A DNA stretch of 62,228 bases, the filler included. It is 12 parts of 12 records of this genome, joined end to end, with 100 filler letters (N's around TTAATTAATTAA, not from the genome) between each part and the next. Parts side by side here need not be neighbours in the genome. Positions count along the whole stretch, not along the records: positions 24,720 to 29,714 come from SRR15195285_3756; positions 29,815 to 33,055 come from SRR15195285_3758; positions 33,156 to 37,872 come from SRR15195285_3772; positions 37,973 to 41,811 come from SRR15195285_3774; 8 more parts are not named here. One strand, 5' to 3'. Shown one piece after another: positions 26,593 through 38,253 of this stretch; the first letter of the stretch is position 1, and the number at the start of each line of letters is the position of its first letter. Under the pieces are notes generated by a model, which was given only the letters and a program-made list of their open reading frames with translations, searched no databases and had not been told where the DNA came from. A program made the position numbers and the translations under genes.

Positions 26593-29502
26593 CTAAGCGG
26601 TCGATTGCAGATGACGAAGCAATTGCGCACGCTGCAGCTCAACCAGTTGTCGTCCCCACGCACCTGTCTCTCTACCGCTGCGATCAACCTGCTGCTCTGG
26701 AGTAGCATCGGGCTTCAGGTGTTTCTGTGCGTTGTCGCCGTCAATATCAGTCGGGCCTTCAATGCCATCAGTGGTTTGGTCTGTCAACTGTGATATCTCA
26801 TCTACACCGGCATCCGGCCGTAGTGCCTCTACGTCTGCCGTCGGCTGCAAGAGCTGCATGCTCTCGTGCGCCAGCACTGATTCTAGCTCGCCCAAACACG
26901 CACTGCAGCGTGCTGCTGCTGGGGAGTTCTCTGCAACCACCGCACGGTATGCTGCGATTGCTGCTGGCTTGATAGCACGAAGCCCAGCCTTTTTCCGCAG
27001 CTGCGAGAAGAACCGCACTTCCTCACGCAGAAGTAGCGTGATGGCAGTGCCACGCCGGCCAGCCCGTGCAGTCCTCCCGACACGGTGTATGTATGTTTTT
27101 GGATGGGAAGGTGCGTCATAGTTCACGACCAAGCTCACGCCACTCACGTCGATTCCGCGCGACAACACGTCCGAGCAGACCAAGACTTGGGTTGAGCCAT
27201 CGGCGAGTCGCTTCAGCGCGGCCCGCCGCTCTTCTGGTCGCAGGCGAGCAGAGTATTCGGAGACGGCAAGCCGTCCGTATAGCTGCAGCACGCGAGCTAG
27301 ACGATGCGAAGTCTCGACTGTAGCGGCGAACACAATCACACCACCTGCATCGCTGGTATCACCATCATTTGCATTGCCGAAATGCGCCTGAAGCTCCAAC
27401 ACGAGTGCCAGCGGTTTTCCGCCCGGTGGCACCACCGCAGAACGCTCAGTTAGCGTGGTCGGAAGTGAGAAACGTTTGTTGGTGCCACCAGCCATATCAT
27501 CTGCTGTGGCTGCGTGTAGGTGAAGTGGCCTGTGAAGACGTAAAGAGTGAAGCTTCGCCGGGTGCCGGGTCAGAGTTGCAGATAGAATCAGCTTTCTTAC
27601 TCCCCTGCGCCAACCGAGCGCAGCCTCTGCATCGATCATTTGTGGGTCATTCATCACAACCCAATCACATAGAGACATGCCGCTTGGTATTCCGAAACAT
27701 TTCCGGTTGTAAGGTGAACTATGTTCAGAGGCACCGGGGCCTTCCATGCCCTCCTTTGCTTCACTGTCAGCCTCAAGGCGCGACTCCGACTTTTTATCGT
27801 CAGATTGTTCTGCCAGTCCAGGCTTGCGTTCAACCGCTGCCATGAGCCTCGGTAGCCAATCCTGGTGCGATTGCTGCAGCAACCTATCCGCGTCATCGAT
27901 AACCAACCATTCGACTGTCGAGAGCTGGCGCTCGAATCCCTCGGTGTCGCGCATGTGGGCAACAATGCGACCAGGCGTACCGACTATCACGTCCGCCATC
28001 CCAGGACACAGCTGTACACTCTCCGCCGCCATGTTCTCTCTGCCACAGACGCCCACCAGCTTGACATCTAAGCTGCCTCCATCGATTAGCGTCTCGAAGA
28101 CAGAGAGCACTTGCATGGCAAGGTCTCTGGTAGGCAGCACAACAACAGCTCGCAGTCGAATCGCTACACGTGAAGCAAGCGCGTGTAGAATCGGCAAAGT
28201 GTAGACGAGTGTCTTGCCTGAGCCGGTAGGCGCTGACAGCAGCACATCACCTCGGTGTGATAAGATTGCTGGAATAGCTGCTGCCTGTGCTGGCCACAGT
28301 CGCACCACGCCGAGTCTCTCCTGTGCAGCCAGCGACAAGGCCCCGCCCACGCCTACGCCAGCCTCATCGAGAGTAGGACCCGTAGGGAGGATATCACCAG
28401 AAGCCTCCTGCTCTTCTCCAGCCGTAGATTGGTCGTCATCATTGGGCAAGACAACCTGTTGCGAGCGTGCAAGCCAGCTTGGAAGGCCCGCAACATCCGC
28501 GTCGATACCTTCTTCGGCATTGGTCGCTTGCTGTTGATCGTTTAGGTACTGCGCAGTTGGACGCGAAGTGGTGGCTTCAGTCAGCCGCGACTGCAGCTCG
28601 TCGAGGGAGAGCACAGGGGCGGTTTTTTCTGATGCTTTGAGCGCCTCTTCTTCCGCTACGAGAGCCTTGGCCTCCTCGTGTGCATCCTGCTCGTCCTGTC
28701 CAAGTGGCCCATGGGTCTCTCTTCCGTCCATAGCATCGGCATGCCTCATCTGTGCTGCTGCGGCGCGAGCCCGCACGAGCTCGTACGCCTTATTTGTGCG
28801 CTCCGACTTTGGTTTCCTGGGCTTTTTCTTGTCGCCATCAGAATCTGCATCTGCATCTGGATCACTGCCCGCAGCCGCTTGCCTCTGCCGCTTGCGCTCC
28901 TCGTTTTTCTCGACAGCCTTCTTCTTCTTTTTCTTGTCCTTCTTCTTCTTCCGCCGACGGCGCTCCTTCTCCAACCGCTCTGGGTCGGCCTCTGTTGCCG
29001 CGCCGTCTGCGTAGTCTTCGACGCTAATGTCTCCAGCTGCATCGGCCGTGTCCTGTGCGTCCTTCGTGCGCTTGGCGGGTACCTCCGCAGCGTCGGAACC
29101 GTCCTCCGTGACCTCGCTTCTGTCTTTGTACACGGCGTTGCCGGCGACTAGCCGGTCCTGGACGCGGCGTTTCTTGTCGCCGCGCCTCACTGGATCCACA
29201 GCCGGCGCGGGCGTGGCATCGTCGGTCTCCTCAGCGGCCGGAGCTTTTGGTGCGTGCGGCGCGGCATCGGGTGCGCGGGTCGTTGGCACGTACTCCCGAC
29301 CTTCGGCCTTCGCCCTCGCGCGGGCACGCCGCTGCGCGCCCGACAGGTGCCCGAATCGCTTCTCCACACCGGCGCCCCCTCCCCCCGCCGCCTGCTTCTC
29401 CCGCGCCTCGAGCAGCTTCTGCGAGAAGCCGCCGCCCACCGCCTGCGCCACATCGGTGTGGTCGCCCTGCTTCAGCGGGTCGAAGCGCTGCACGCCGAAC
29501 AT
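26593..29502 (-). CDS. DDX51: DEAD-box RNA helicase DDX51/Dbp6 (60S biogenesis), single exon
   Basis: Starts MFGVQRFDP, resembling the Dbp6 N-terminus. Has a Q motif, APTGSGKT, LPTRDLA, TPGR, IDDADRLL, SATLT, RGID and YIHRVGRTARAG. Confidence 0.88.
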   Translation of the reverse strand: MFGVQRFDPLKQGDHTDVAQAVGGGFSQKLLEAREKQAAGGGGAGVEKRFGHLSGAQRRARARAKAEGREYVPTTRAPDAAPHAPKAPAAEETDDATPAPAVDPVRRGDKKRRVQDRLVAGNAVYKDRSEVTEDGSDAAEVPAKRTKDAQDTADAAGDISVEDYADGAATEADPERLEKERRRRKKKKDKKKKKKAVEKNEERKRQRQAAAGSDPDADADSDGDKKKPRKPKSERTNKAYELVRARAAAAQMRHADAMDGRETHGPLGQDEQDAHEEAKALVAEEEALKASEKTAPVLSLDELQSRLTEATTSRPTAQYLNDQQQATNAEEGIDADVAGLPSWLARSQQVVLPNDDDQSTAGEEQEASGDILPTGPTLDEAGVGVGGALSLAAQERLGVVRLWPAQAAAIPAILSHRGDVLLSAPTGSGKTLVYTLPILHALASRVAIRLRAVVVLPTRDLAMQVLSVFETLIDGGSLDVKLVGVCGRENMAAESVQLCPGMADVIVGTPGRIVAHMRDTEGFERQLSTVEWLVIDDADRLLQQSHQDWLPRLMAAVERKPGLAEQSDDKKSESRLEADSEAKEGMEGPGASEHSSPYNRKCFGIPSGMSLCDWVVMNDPQMIDAEAALGWRRGVRKLILSATLTRHPAKLHSLRLHRPLHLHAATADDMAGGTNKRFSLPTTLTERSAVVPPGGKPLALVLELQAHFGNANDGDTSDAGGVIVFAATVETSHRLARVLQLYGRLAVSEYSARLRPEERRAALKRLADGSTQVLVCSDVLSRGIDVSGVSLVVNYDAPSHPKTYIHRVGRTARAGRRGTAITLLLREEVRFFSQLRKKAGLRAIKPAAIAAYRAVVAENSPAAARCSACLGELESVLAHESMQLLQPTADVEALRPDAGVDEISQLTDQTTDGIEGPTDIDGDNAQKHLKPDATPEQQVDRSGRETGAWGRQLVELQRAQLLRHLQSTA

Positions 29503-29714
29503 GACCAAGGCCTTTCTCGATGGTGGGCGGCGCCTCAAGCGTCACCGGCGGCGGCCGAGCGAGTCGAGCGGCCGTCCAAGCGACGGCATTTCACCATTCG
29601 ACTGCCTGTGCTCGATTTCAATCGGATTTGCGAGGCCATCGCCATGTGAGGTATCCTACTGTAGCTTTGCCATAATCCCATCAATTGCTTCTGCAATTTT
29701 CGTCTGCAGAATGC

Positions 29715-29814
29715 NNNNNNNNNNNNNNNNNNNNNNNNNNNNNNNNNNNNNNNNNNNNTTAATTAATTAANNNNNNNNNNNNNNNNNNNNNNNNNNNNNN
29801 NNNNNNNNNNNNNN
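29715..29814. other. Artificial contig linker
   Basis: N44-TTAATTAATTAA-N44. Confidence 0.98.
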
Positions 29815-29844
29815 AGCTCCAAGCCCAAGCACAGGCGCAGGCGC
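29815..29844. repeat. 30-bp perfect inverted repeat with the other end of the same contig (33026-33055)
   Basis: AGCTCCAAGCCCAAGCACAGGCGCAGGCGC opens the contig and its reverse complement closes it. Confidence 0.9.
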
Positions 29845-30057
29845 TCTCGTCTGCCGCCCGGGGGGAGGACGGAGGGGACGGCGGTGGGGTTGGTAGCAGC
29901 CGCCCACCCTGCTGCACAGAGTTGGTGCCAGGCTTGTGATGCGCGCTCCTGCCTGCCACCATATCGGAGGCTTGCCGCCCCGCAGCTCTCCGCGGTGCGA
30001 TTCGGACGCAGGTGGTCTGACAACTGGCGCTGGACTGTCGTGCACTGCAGGGTCAAC

Positions 30058-30449
30058 ATGGCTGGCCTGGTCGGCAAGATCCCGGCCATTCCGACGCTGG
30101 GCGCGCAGGGCGTGACCCTGCGCAACGTGGTGTACGACCTGGTGATGAAGCGCACCTCGACGTACGTGGGTGCCATCTTCGTGTGCGCGATGGTTGCCGA
30201 GAACACGCTCGACAGCGCCGTTGACACCATGTGGAGTGTGAGCAACAAGGGGGTGCGCCTCCCCCCCGCCGAACGCCCACGCCCACGTGCATGCAACTCG
30301 TCTGCGTGCGTGCATGCGTGCGTGCGATCGCCGCGCGTGTCGCCGTGCGCTCCGAGCTAAGAGTTTGGTATGTGTCGCGTGTGCAGAAATTCTTCACGGA
30401 CATCCCGTTCGCTACGATTGCCGCCAACGCGGACGCAGACGACTACTGA
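30058..30449 (+). CDS. QCR9: Cytochrome b-c1 complex subunit 9 (QCR9/UQCR10)
   Basis: VYDLVMKRTSTYVGAIFVCAMVAENTLDSAVDTMWSVSNKG|KFFTDIP; intron 30253-30386 (GTGCGC..GCAG). Confidence 0.88.
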
Positions 30450-30653
30450 TTCTGCAGCGACATGTTGCGAACTGCCTGCCTGTGAGAGCTGCGCGAGGCA
30501 GCCAGCGAGCGCGGTGGTGGCGCTGAAATTAGTCTGGAATTGAAAGGGAGACCTTTTGCTCGCCGCAAATCAGCTTCCCCAGGTGCCGGACAGCGTCCTC
30601 GGACAGTGGCCTGGGCGCGGAAAGCTTGACTCTCGGCCCCGCCTCTTCCGCCG

Positions 30654-33055
30654 TCAGTCGTTGTCGTCGGCGGCCGCGAAGCCAAAGGCCTTGCCCCTCG
30701 TGCGTTTCTTCGAAGCTCCGCCACCTCTCATCGCTCGGCCCAAGCCAAACTTGACAGCCTTTCCCGCCCCTAGCTGGATAGCCTGCGGCTTGTTCTCCTC
30801 GCTCTTCCCGTTCAGACGCCCCGCACCTTGAGTCGCGCTTCCTCCCGTGGCCGCTGCGCTTGACGAGATCCCCCCTGTCGCTGCTCTCGCGCCCGCCGAG
30901 TTGGACTCCGCCACTGAATCCAGTTGTGCGTCATCGGCCTTGCGCTTCACACCACCACCACCGCCGGGAAGTGACAGATCGCCGTGACCTGCACCCACGG
31001 CTGGGCTCGGAGGAGGAGCGTCTGCCGTTGCTGCGGCCGCCGTCGTCGCCGCCGCCGCCGGGGTGGCTCTGGCTCGTGCCTGTTCAGCTTTCTTGGCATC
31101 TGCGAGATCTGCAGCAGCATTGGCAGCTGCGAGATCTGCGGCAGCCTTGGCCGCTGCCAGCCGTTCGGCTGCATCGTCGTCCCGCCGCGGGAGCAGTCGC
31201 TTCAGCGAGCCTGCTAGCACGGCAGCCATTTCAGTGGACTTGAGGGTCTTCTTCTTCTCCGTGACATAGGCTCGCAGCTTGGCTTCGATCAACGGCCAGG
31301 GTTTCTCGTCTCCGTCGTCGTCGCCATCGGCGAAACATTTCAGTAAATCTTGCCGAATTTTCTTCCTCACACCTGTGGACAGCGTTTTGGCCTCATCTTC
31401 ATCTCCATCGTCGACAGCGTCTTCAGCCGCAGTGATCGCCTGATCGACTACTTGTTCCTTGGTTAACGCTGCCTGCGGTACAGCTGCCGACGATGTAGTG
31501 CGGGCCATCATTGCTGCGACATTGCTGGAGGTGCTGCTCCGGGGACTAGGTGGAAGATGTGAGATCCCGAGCGAGAACTCTCTGAGAAAGCCAACCGGCT
31601 CCTCCTTTCGGGTCATCGCATCGTACGCTTTGTGGATAGCCCGGCGCGATCGACCACCGAGGAAGTTCATCGAGCCATTTGCGAATATCATCACTGTGAT
31701 TTTCTTCCCACAGATCGGGTCCTCAATTTTGTCTGCAATTGCAGGGCAGGTGATCGTCCGAGAGCACAGACGACGCGTGTCAGAAAGAAGTATTCAACCC
31801 TAGACAAGATGCCAGCAAATCAAGTGGCGAACTTTCTCACAGGTGAGCGACGATGCAATTTCAGGCTCGTAAATGCAATTCAGTGCGTGTTCATCGGAGC
31901 TCGCAAGCGCGTCCAAGTGAATCTCGAAACCAGCATTGGCGGTCGCAGCAACATTGGTAATGTGGAAGCCATGGAAGCGGCACGGGAAACCGGCCTGCTG
32001 GATGATCCGGGCATAGCGTCTCAGGCACTTGCGTGCCTGTTCCTCATGCCTACAGCCCATACAGGACATCTTGCCGCTGGCACTCAACGTGCACGTCGTC
32101 GTGAGTGGCTTGTATATGGACTCGCGGTCACCAGTTACATATCGCGTGTCAAATGGCTCTCGTCGTTGCATCCGGAGGGAAGAAATGACCTTAGGGTTGT
32201 ACTTCAGAGACAAAGTCTCGCACGGACGTCGGAGCGAAAGTGCCATCCGCTGTAAGTGAACTTCACAGGTCAGGTCTGCGGAGCACACGACGTTCGAGAT
32301 ATACGGCCGTCTTGCCAAATATCGCGGCGGCGGCGGTGGAGGCCTAGGCTTCGGCTTAGGCGGCGGTGGCTTTTTCGGTGGCTTTTTAGGCTCAGCGTCC
32401 GGTTTGGTTTTGGGCTTGGGCTTGGGTGCAGACTTGGGCTTTGGCTTCGATTTCGGCTTCGTTGGCCCGGAATTGGGTGGCGGTGGTACAGGCTTTGCGA
32501 TCGGCTCACGGTAGACGGTGTGACTTTTCATCAACTGCAGGAGTCTCTTGATATGGTCTTGGTGCACGCCTTCTGCCTTCACGGTGCATCCGAGTGTTCC
32601 GGTGGGTGAGATCACGAGCGTGAAATACACGTAGGCTCCATTCGATAGGCCGCAGTAAAGAAACACCTTCACGGACCCGTCGGGTGACGGGAGGGCCTGC
32701 GCAAGTGGCTTGAAACCCATGGGCTTCAGCTGTTCGAGGACCATATTGCGCATGTGCTTCACAATATCTGTAGTGTCCATGCCGGGCTGTGGCATCGCTA
32801 TGACCCACTGTATACGGAGCCCAGTCTGGCATTGCGACCACGCGGCCTTGAACTGCTCCATCTGCAAAGCCGGCGGAGCCCGATTGATTTCAAGCGGTGC
32901 TGTCGCGTTAGGTGCCGTCTGCTGCATCTGCATCTGCGTCTGCTGCTGCGCAGATCTCGCAGCCGCCACGGACTGCTGCATGGTCACGTGGTGCATCTGA
33001 GCCTGCTGAGCCTGCGCCTGTGCCTGCGCCTGCGCCTGTGCTTGGGCTTGGAGCT
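30654..33055 (-). CDS. 5'-truncated TBP-like factor: Q/A-rich start, adaptin-appendage (platform) domain, P/K linker, two TBP repeats, long low-complexity/helical tail
   Basis: ISNVVCSADL...KYNPK...ASGKMSCMG...RRYARIIQQAGF...ITNVAAT...IYEPEI..LT|YKIEDP...VMIFANGSMNFLG. Intron 31733-31840 joins ORFs 31800..32996 and 30654..31694 in frame. Confidence 0.85.
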
Positions 33056-33155
33056 NNNNNNNNNNNNNNNNNNNNNNNNNNNNNNNNNNNNNNNNNNNNT
33101 TAATTAATTAANNNNNNNNNNNNNNNNNNNNNNNNNNNNNNNNNNNNNNNNNNNN
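33056..33155. other. Artificial contig linker
   Basis: N44-TTAATTAATTAA-N44. Confidence 0.98.
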
Positions 33156-33358
33156 ATACAAATTTACATACTATTTGAGTACCATTACGGCATTAGCCGC
33201 GTACGTTTGAGTACCATAGCCGCGCCGCGCGCGCCCGCGGCCAGCCATTTCGGTAACTCTCGCGCGCGTCAAGTGATGCGTTCCACCGGCGCCGTGGCGC
33301 CGGCGCCGCGCGCGCGGCGGCGCGCGCCCGCCGCGGGCCCCCGCGGGGTAGCAGCGAG

Positions 33359-36081
33359 ATGTTCCCCTGCTTGCTGCTGTCAGCTCTGTTCGCACCGACC
33401 GAGGCAGGGCACCCGACGCCTGACCCGGATGGCCCATACATGCGGAATCCGTGCCTCAACGGCAGCCACTGGTCCCAGCTGCCGTTTTGCGACACCACTC
33501 TCGGACTCGACGAGCGCGCTGCCGACATCGTGCAGCGGCTGTCTTTGACGGAGCGTATCACCGCGCTGGGCTCGCAGGACGCCGGTTTCCCCTCGGTCGG
33601 CTTGCTGCCGTATGACTGGTGGTCCGAAGCGACTCACGGGATTAGCCATGTGCGGGATGGGCCCAATTCGTCTACACCTTTTGAGTCGAACTTCGCCCTG
33701 CCGATAACGACAGCTGCAGCGTTCAACCGATCGCTCTGGGCGGCGACGGGCCGCGCCATAGGGACCGAGGCCCGGGCGTTCATGAATGCTGGGAACGCGT
33801 ACAGCACATTCTGGGCCCCGGTGGTCAACCTTGTCAGAGACCCACGCTGGGGTCGGAATTTGTGCGCCAGCGCTGTTCAACCCACTAGCTGAGCAACGTA
33901 CATTAGTTATCTGCACGACGTATCGTTGGTCTCTGCCACATCCCATACTAGTATAACAGACTGTGGGTGCGTCTGCAAACTGCAGAGAGACACCAGGCGA
34001 GGACCCATACCTTAGTGGGCAGTACGCAGTGAGCTTTGTCAAGGGCATGCAGGAGAGCCCAAAGGACCCTGGGCACATCATGGCGAGCGCATGCTGCAAG
34101 CATTTTGTAGCCAACTCGATGGAGAAGTCTCGAGTCGATGGTGTCGAGTACAAGCGTCACAACTTCGACGCAGTCGTGTCAGCCCAGGATCTCGTCGATA
34201 GCTACCTGCCACCCTTCCAAAGTTGTGTCGAAGAAGGCCGGGTCAGCGGTCTCATGTGTGCGACCTCCGGAGAATGAGTCTTCTCAAGCCCTGCTGCTTG
34301 CCACTGACTAGAGCAGGACGTTGCGTGTGACTTTTTTGTTGCGAGCAGGTAGCTACAACGCATTGAATGGAATTCCGACTTGTGCAGACCCGTGGTTGTT
34401 GCAAACGGTGGCGAGGGACAGCTGGAAATTCGAAGGATACGTGACGAGTGACTGCGACGCGGACTCAGACGTCTTCGTGAGCCACAACTACACCGCGACG
34501 GCCACCGAGGCAGTTGGCAAGATTCTCCACGCTGGGACCGATCTCGACTGTGGTGGATTCGTGGAGGAACATGCGCTACAGAGCCTGGCAGCACACACGA
34601 TCACGTTGGGTGACATAGAGCAACGGATCACAAACCTCTTTCGCGTGCGGTTGCGGCTCGGGCACTTCGATCCGCCTGGGCCGCTGCAACAGATTGCGAA
34701 AAGTGATATCTGCTCGGATGAGGCACTAGAGATTGCCAGGAGTGGCGCAATACAAGGCACGGTGCTACTGAAGAACTTAGGTAAACGGTTGCCTCTCGAG
34801 CCAGCAGTGACAGCTGGGCGTGCGAGTGAAGCTGTGAACACGAGTGGGGGGGCGTTGCAAAAAGTCACAGCACTAATCGGTCCCAATGTCAACCTTAGCA
34901 AATCGATTGCAGGCTACTACGGTGGAAAGCAGCCGTGTGGAAGCAAATTCTGGTCCATGATTGACGCGATTTCGCAGTATACTGGTCCTGAGGCGTTGCG
35001 GGTCCTCAAAGGGGTGCCAACCGTCACAAGCAACGACACGAGCACCGTTGGGGAGGCTGTAGCGGCCGCACACTCCGCAGATGACGTGATTCTCGTCGTT
35101 GGGCAGGATGGGACGATAGAGCACGAGGCGAGTGATCGCACTAAGATTGCTCTCAGCCAAGGGCAGACAGAGCTGATTGCACGCGTGGCTGATGCAGCGA
35201 TTAAACCAGTCGTTGTCGTGATTCTTACAGGTGGCGCTGTCGACGTGTCGGAGATGTTAGCCAACTCGAGAGTCGGGGCGGTGCTCATGGCAGGTCAACC
35301 CTCTGTGACAGTGCTAGGGGTCGGCGACTTGATCTATGGCAAGGCTGTGCCCTCTGGCCGTATGGTGCAGACGACCTACCCAGCAAGCTTTGTCAACGAA
35401 GTGAGCATTTTCGACATGGGTATGCGCCCGGGCCCGAGCCCATGGCCTGCTCCTGGCCAGATCGACTGTGGTGGTACTGCTGAGCCAGCCTGCAAGAACG
35501 GCACGAACCCGGGAAGAACGCATCGCTTCTACAGCAAGGAGGCGGTCGTACCTTTCGGATTTGGCTTGAGCTACTCATCGTTCCGATACACACCTGTGTT
35601 GGCACCAGCGACGGTGTCACTGTCTACCGTCCGACACATCCTCGCTCGTGCCACCAAAGACGCACCATCGCATCGAAGTGCAGACGACGTGCGCTCGAAC
35701 ATCGACTTGGTGCGCAGCGGTGACAACACAGTGGTCGCCGAGTACTTTCTTAATGTGACGAACACAGGTGATAGGGACGCTGACGACAGCGTTCTCGGAT
35801 TCCTGAAACCCCCTGGCGGGGGAACGCACGGCATACCGTTGCAGTCCCTATTTGCGTTCGAGCGCGTGCATGTTGCGGCTGGCGCGACAGTGCAAGTGTA
35901 TCTCGCTGCGCACGCGCTTGACTTCACGGTGGTCGGACAGGATGGCTCTCGAACGGCTTGGCCAGGGGGGTACCAGGTGCAATTCGGCGTTGTGGCCCCG
36001 AAGGGTGTTGTGGGCATAGGTGGGGGGGCACAGGGCCACAACATGATGGGTTTCGCGAGCGTCGAGACCCTCGCAGTGTGA
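33359..36081 (+). CDS. Secreted GH3 beta-xylosidase/alpha-L-arabinofuranosidase (BXL-like)
   Basis: Signal peptide; WWSEATHG; RDPRWGRNL|ETPGEDP; CCKHF; MC|SYN; nucleophile YVTSDCDA; C-terminal Fn3-like domain. Introns 33862-33985 and 34258-34348. Confidence 0.92.
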
Positions 36082-36631
36082 CTGACTCAATAATTATGAA
36101 TTCTGTATATTCGTAGCGGGCATGGCCCAATTCTGCCAGCCCCCGACCACGAGGCCTTACACTACCACATTCCGGGTCAGGATGTAATTTTTAAAGCCAT
36201 GCTATGCTGTGTCGACCAACGACATACACTACCTACCCCGCTTTCGACCTCTGAAGATGGCCGCAATGCAGAAGGAGAAGCGAAAAAAAGGGGCTAGCAA
36301 GCAGTTACTAGCGTGGAGAAATGGCTGAGCAGTGTATTCTAACAGTACCGCAGCTGAGCGATCGAATTTTCTACTTCGGATTACCTCAATTTCAATGCAG
36401 GATTTCCCATCCTCCCACGCCTAGATTGGTGCCACCGGGGCCAGCTGGTACCTGGCTGCGCTTAGCGCGCATTGCAAAGGGATGGTGTCACAACAACATA
36501 CGTGGCTAACTTGAAGCTTTGATCCATTTCGTTCTTGTCGGATCTCGTTCCGCATTCTTCATGCGTGCAGCTGCTAATTCACAGAGTCAACTCTCGATGT
36601 TGTCTTGTTGTCATCCAGCACAGTTTGATGC

Positions 36632-37443
36632 TCACGGGGCCATCGTCGCTGGCGCCGGTGCCTCAACGTCACCTTGTGGTTCAGGCGCTGGGGCTGGTGC
36701 AGACTTCGCCTCCGTCGCAGGCTTTGCCTCCGTGTTCATTGACCAATGGAAAGATAGGTGCGAGGGCGCCAGGTCTGTCTTCATGAGCGAGAAGACCGCA
36801 AACACAGCCGTGTGAACAAGTGACACTGCCAGCGCGATGCCGCAAATGGCGACGATGAGGTACATGATGCTGGTGTCAAGAAGGCCCAAATAGTGGGTGA
36901 TACCCCGGACCGCGTTGAGTGCAGAGATACCGGTGAACACGGTGAAGACAACCATCCAACATTTGTTGCCATAAGCAAAGCTCCAGTAGCCGGTGTATCC
37001 CCAGATAAGACACCAGATGGCGCTGAAGACGAGGTCGAAAAATACGTCGCTAAAAGTTGAAGAGACCAGGCCGGTGAGCAGCAGCAACGCACAGATGACT
37101 AGCTGAAACCATACGGTGAGCGTAAGCCAGGAGACGAACGCGTGATGGGCGCTCGCGTAGGTCCCGCAAGCCTTGTCCGCTGCCTTGAACCAGGCCAGTC
37201 CGATCTTCTCTTCCTCCTTATGTTCGCCTACACAGCCGGTCAGCTGCACAGGCATGTCGTGGCAGCCATACAGTTAGCACAGGACACGCAGCGGCAACAC
37301 GGGCGCACAGTGTGCGCAACGAGAGATGAGGCGCATGGACCGTTAGCTGCGAGACACACCTGTGCTTGGAACGCCTTGAGGCAGGGAGCCTTGAAGTAGC
37401 TGCCGCAGCAACCACCAGCCTGAAAGCACGGCTGGTCGGCCAT
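36632..37443 (-). CDS. Small membrane protein with about 4 TM helices and a Cys-rich N-terminus; function unknown
   Basis: MADQPCFQAGGCC...AQ|LTGCVGEH joined by intron 37244-37359; four hydrophobic segments; P/A/E-rich tail. Confidence 0.65.
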
Positions 37444-37872
37444 TCCGGTCGGGTCGTCGCGTCAAGGAACTTCGAAGCACGCTCGTCAGCGACGTTCTTC
37501 GAAGAAAGAGCGTCGTCACACGAGCAAAAGGTACTGGTACCCACGCGCCCAACAGCACGCACGCAGCGACCAGTCGGTAGTACAGACGCGCAATCGCACA
37601 AGCGAGGACCGACCGCGTCCGTCAACTACAAAGTACAATTTGTAAATTGTTACGATGGATTACGCGCGTACCGCGCGCGCGCCGCGGCCGAATTCCGCCG
37701 GACTTCACGTCCGTTCAGCAGCTCCAGATACAATATATGATAGCCTAGAGCTCTAGAGAGTACGTCCGGGAACGTGAGCATACAACGGGTACATTGATGC
37801 ACATGTAAGAGTACGTATTGAAAATTTTTGCAGCTCATTTGATTTTGTGTGTTTCTGTTTGTAGAAAGATTA

Positions 37873-37972
37873 NNNNNNNNNNNNNNNNNNNNNNNNNNNN
37901 NNNNNNNNNNNNNNNNTTAATTAATTAANNNNNNNNNNNNNNNNNNNNNNNNNNNNNNNNNNNNNNNNNNNN
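37873..37972. other. Artificial contig linker
   Basis: N44-TTAATTAATTAA-N44. Confidence 0.98.
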
Positions 37973-38253
37973 ATTCTGAATGAATTCATGCATGCTGAGT
38001 ACCGTGATTCTTGATGTCCAAAAGTTGCCTATTGATTTTGATAGATTCCCCGACTGCACACCATGCGCGCGAGCCGCCGCGGGTCTGGCGCGGGTGCGCC
38101 GGCCGCGCGCGTGAGTACACGGTTACAGTATGTATATCCGCGCGCGTCGTCGCCGGCGCCGCGGTCGATCGGCGAGCAGGGATCGGAGCGTACCTGGCGT
38201 GCTCCGTCCGTGGCTCCGTCCTATTCATTAGTTCGCTACCGTGCGCGAGATAG

